A stretch of 64,000 nucleotides of DNA. Origin: Lytechinus pictus. Taxonomy: Eukaryota. The translations under genes were made by a program, and so were the position numbers. The notes beneath the pieces are model-generated. The model made no database searches, was not told the DNA's origin, and saw only the letters and a list, made by a program, of their open reading frames with translations. The stretch covers positions 29,016,001 through 29,080,000 of the forward strand of contig NC_087246.1 in the NCBI RefSeq assembly GCF_037042905.1, read 5' to 3'. Numbering within the stretch: position 1 is the first letter of the stretch; each line of letters opens with the position of its first letter. Positions 62,501 to 64,000 of this stretch are shown here, one piece after another.

Positions 62501-64000
62501 AATTGGAAAGAAGCATTTCCCCCGTAAAGGTCAGAAGACTTTCTGACACTGTAGAAGATATCCAGGATGGCCAAGACATCACTGAGCCTTGGTTTGATGA
62601 AGCTGTGTCTGCCTATGTAGAGGGAATCATCAGTAGTGCTCTTCATTCCCTTCACCAAGAGGTATGCCATATGAGAGCATTGTGGTCTAGTTGTTCTGAC
62701 TCTTGCCTTTAAATCAGAGGGTCATGTGTTCAACTCCCAGCCATGGCATTACTTTCCTTGAGAGGTATGCAACATGGGAGCATTGTGGTTCTGACAATTG
62801 CCTTTAAATCAGAGGGTCATGGTTTCAATCCCCAGCCATGGCATTAGTTTCCTCTAGAGGTGTGCAATAGGGGAGCATTGTGGTCCAGTGGTTCTGACTC
62901 TTGCCCTTCAATCAGAGGGTCATGGGTTCAAATACCACCCTTTTCTTCAGCAAGAAATCTATCTACTTTGTACTTTACTTGACCCAGGTGAAGTAAATGG
63001 GTACCTGACCAGTAGGAATATTTGTTCTTTGGAGTGCGTGTGCACCACAGGATGACCAGCTTGGCTAAAGCCAGGATGAAAATGACAACAGCATCTTGAT
63101 CTCCCAGCAGAGTGGATTTGTGCACTCTATGCCCCGTGTTCTGAAGTCTGGTTTAACTTAGGCCATGGTCTAACTTTGTGTTAGAATTAAAAGCTAAACA
63201 TTTTATGTTTTCTATCTTTACTTTGCATTTTCATCATGTTTTGACTGCTTTGAGTATCATATGAGCTGACAAATTGAACTTGTACCATTGGAGATACCTG
63301 TTACAATTGGCTATCCATTGTTAAACCAGAACTTAGAAAAATTAATTTGATTTTGAGAGTTGACATTTTGCTATTTACCACAATGGCATAGTCACCATTA
63401 TATGCTAAATTTTAAGCTGTGCTGCTCTGATTTGATAATAAAATCAAGAATCTAAAGAAAATATATATCTGCCAGATCTGTGTTTGAAATACCTAATTAC
63501 AGCATATTTGTATGATACCTTTACCAGTTGACAGTCCTTAGATTTCTACTTTCTCTTTTTTTTTTCATTTGGCTTATAGGCACAAATGGCGTCCCACAGA
63601 ACTGATTCAGAGGTAACGACTTACAACCAAACTTTAAAATCACCTTCTTCAAGACCAGAGCCATCGGATGAGGACATACAGACCTATGTTGATGCTGTCC
63701 TTTCTGTGCAGCTTCAGCTTGTCAGAATGGAATATGAGGACAAACTGAATTCTTGCCTGGATCATTCATTGGGTTCTCCTCGTGAAGCCTCAAAGAATAG
63801 TCTTCAAGATGGTTCCTTGACTTCCTTCAATGATGATGGACTTGAGGGCGCCCTCGATGCTGACATTAATGATAGTTTGGTAGGTAGCCTTTCATTTGCG
63901 GACACTACCCCATCTAAGGTGAAAATGCAGTGTGCTAGTCCATGTACCAGCCTTCTTCTCGATGCATTTGCTTCTCTGAGCGAGGGAGGAACTCCACTTT
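59550..64000 (+). CDS. Unidentified, largely low-complexity protein with cell-cycle motifs, 5' part. Exons 59550-59639, 60419-60669, 61442-61592, 62497-62661, 63580-64000 (still open at the window end)
   Basis: ATG in an AAAATCATG context with an upstream in-frame TAA (59532). Five exons join in phase through GT-AG with no stop. Contains DKENV (KEN box), RQPLALVN (D-box-like), TPFR/TPMK/TPLR/TPKR/SPVK CDK sites and RRLS. Confidence 0.8.
62672..63135 (+). mobile_element. tRNA-derived SINE with a triplicated head
   Basis: Three heads GAGCATTGTGGT..GTTCTGAC..TCAGAGGGTCAT..GTTCAA (A/B-box-like); the third continues into the core GACCCAGGTGAAGTAAATGGGTACCTG. Confidence 0.7.

Overview
AT-rich, intron-rich animal genomic DNA with two assembly gaps (12367-12590, 51993-52186). 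The repeat types suggest an echinoderm such as a sea urchin (inference). I assembled five spliced protein-coding genes by hand from GT-AG junctions with consistent phases. (1) The 5' part of an atypical Rab-like GTPase (-). (2) A complete serine dehydratase (SDS/SDSL-like) gene (-) with two tandem homologous 125-nt versions of exon 6 that can only be used mutually exclusively. (3) A complete 8-exon, 414-aa uncharacterised gene (+) whose product reads as TIR domain (catalytic Glu replaced by Ala), then a Cbl-type EF-hand-like module, then HEAT repeats. (4) An ASPHD2-like 2OG-Fe(II) hydroxylase (-). (5) The 5' part of an unidentified gene (+) with a KEN box, a D-box, CDK sites and repeated AKAP-like helices. 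The rest is mostly non-autonomous DNA transposons (Kolobok-, hAT-, Harbinger-, piggyBac-, Academ- and Helentron-like), including a multi-level nest at 45.4-50.7 kb, plus tRNA-derived SINEs and satellites. No autonomous transposase, rRNA, intact tRNA or CRISPR array was seen. Best candidates for something undescribed: the mutually exclusive exon pair of the dehydratase and the TIR/EF-hand-like/HEAT protein. All homology calls come from remembered motifs, not database searches.
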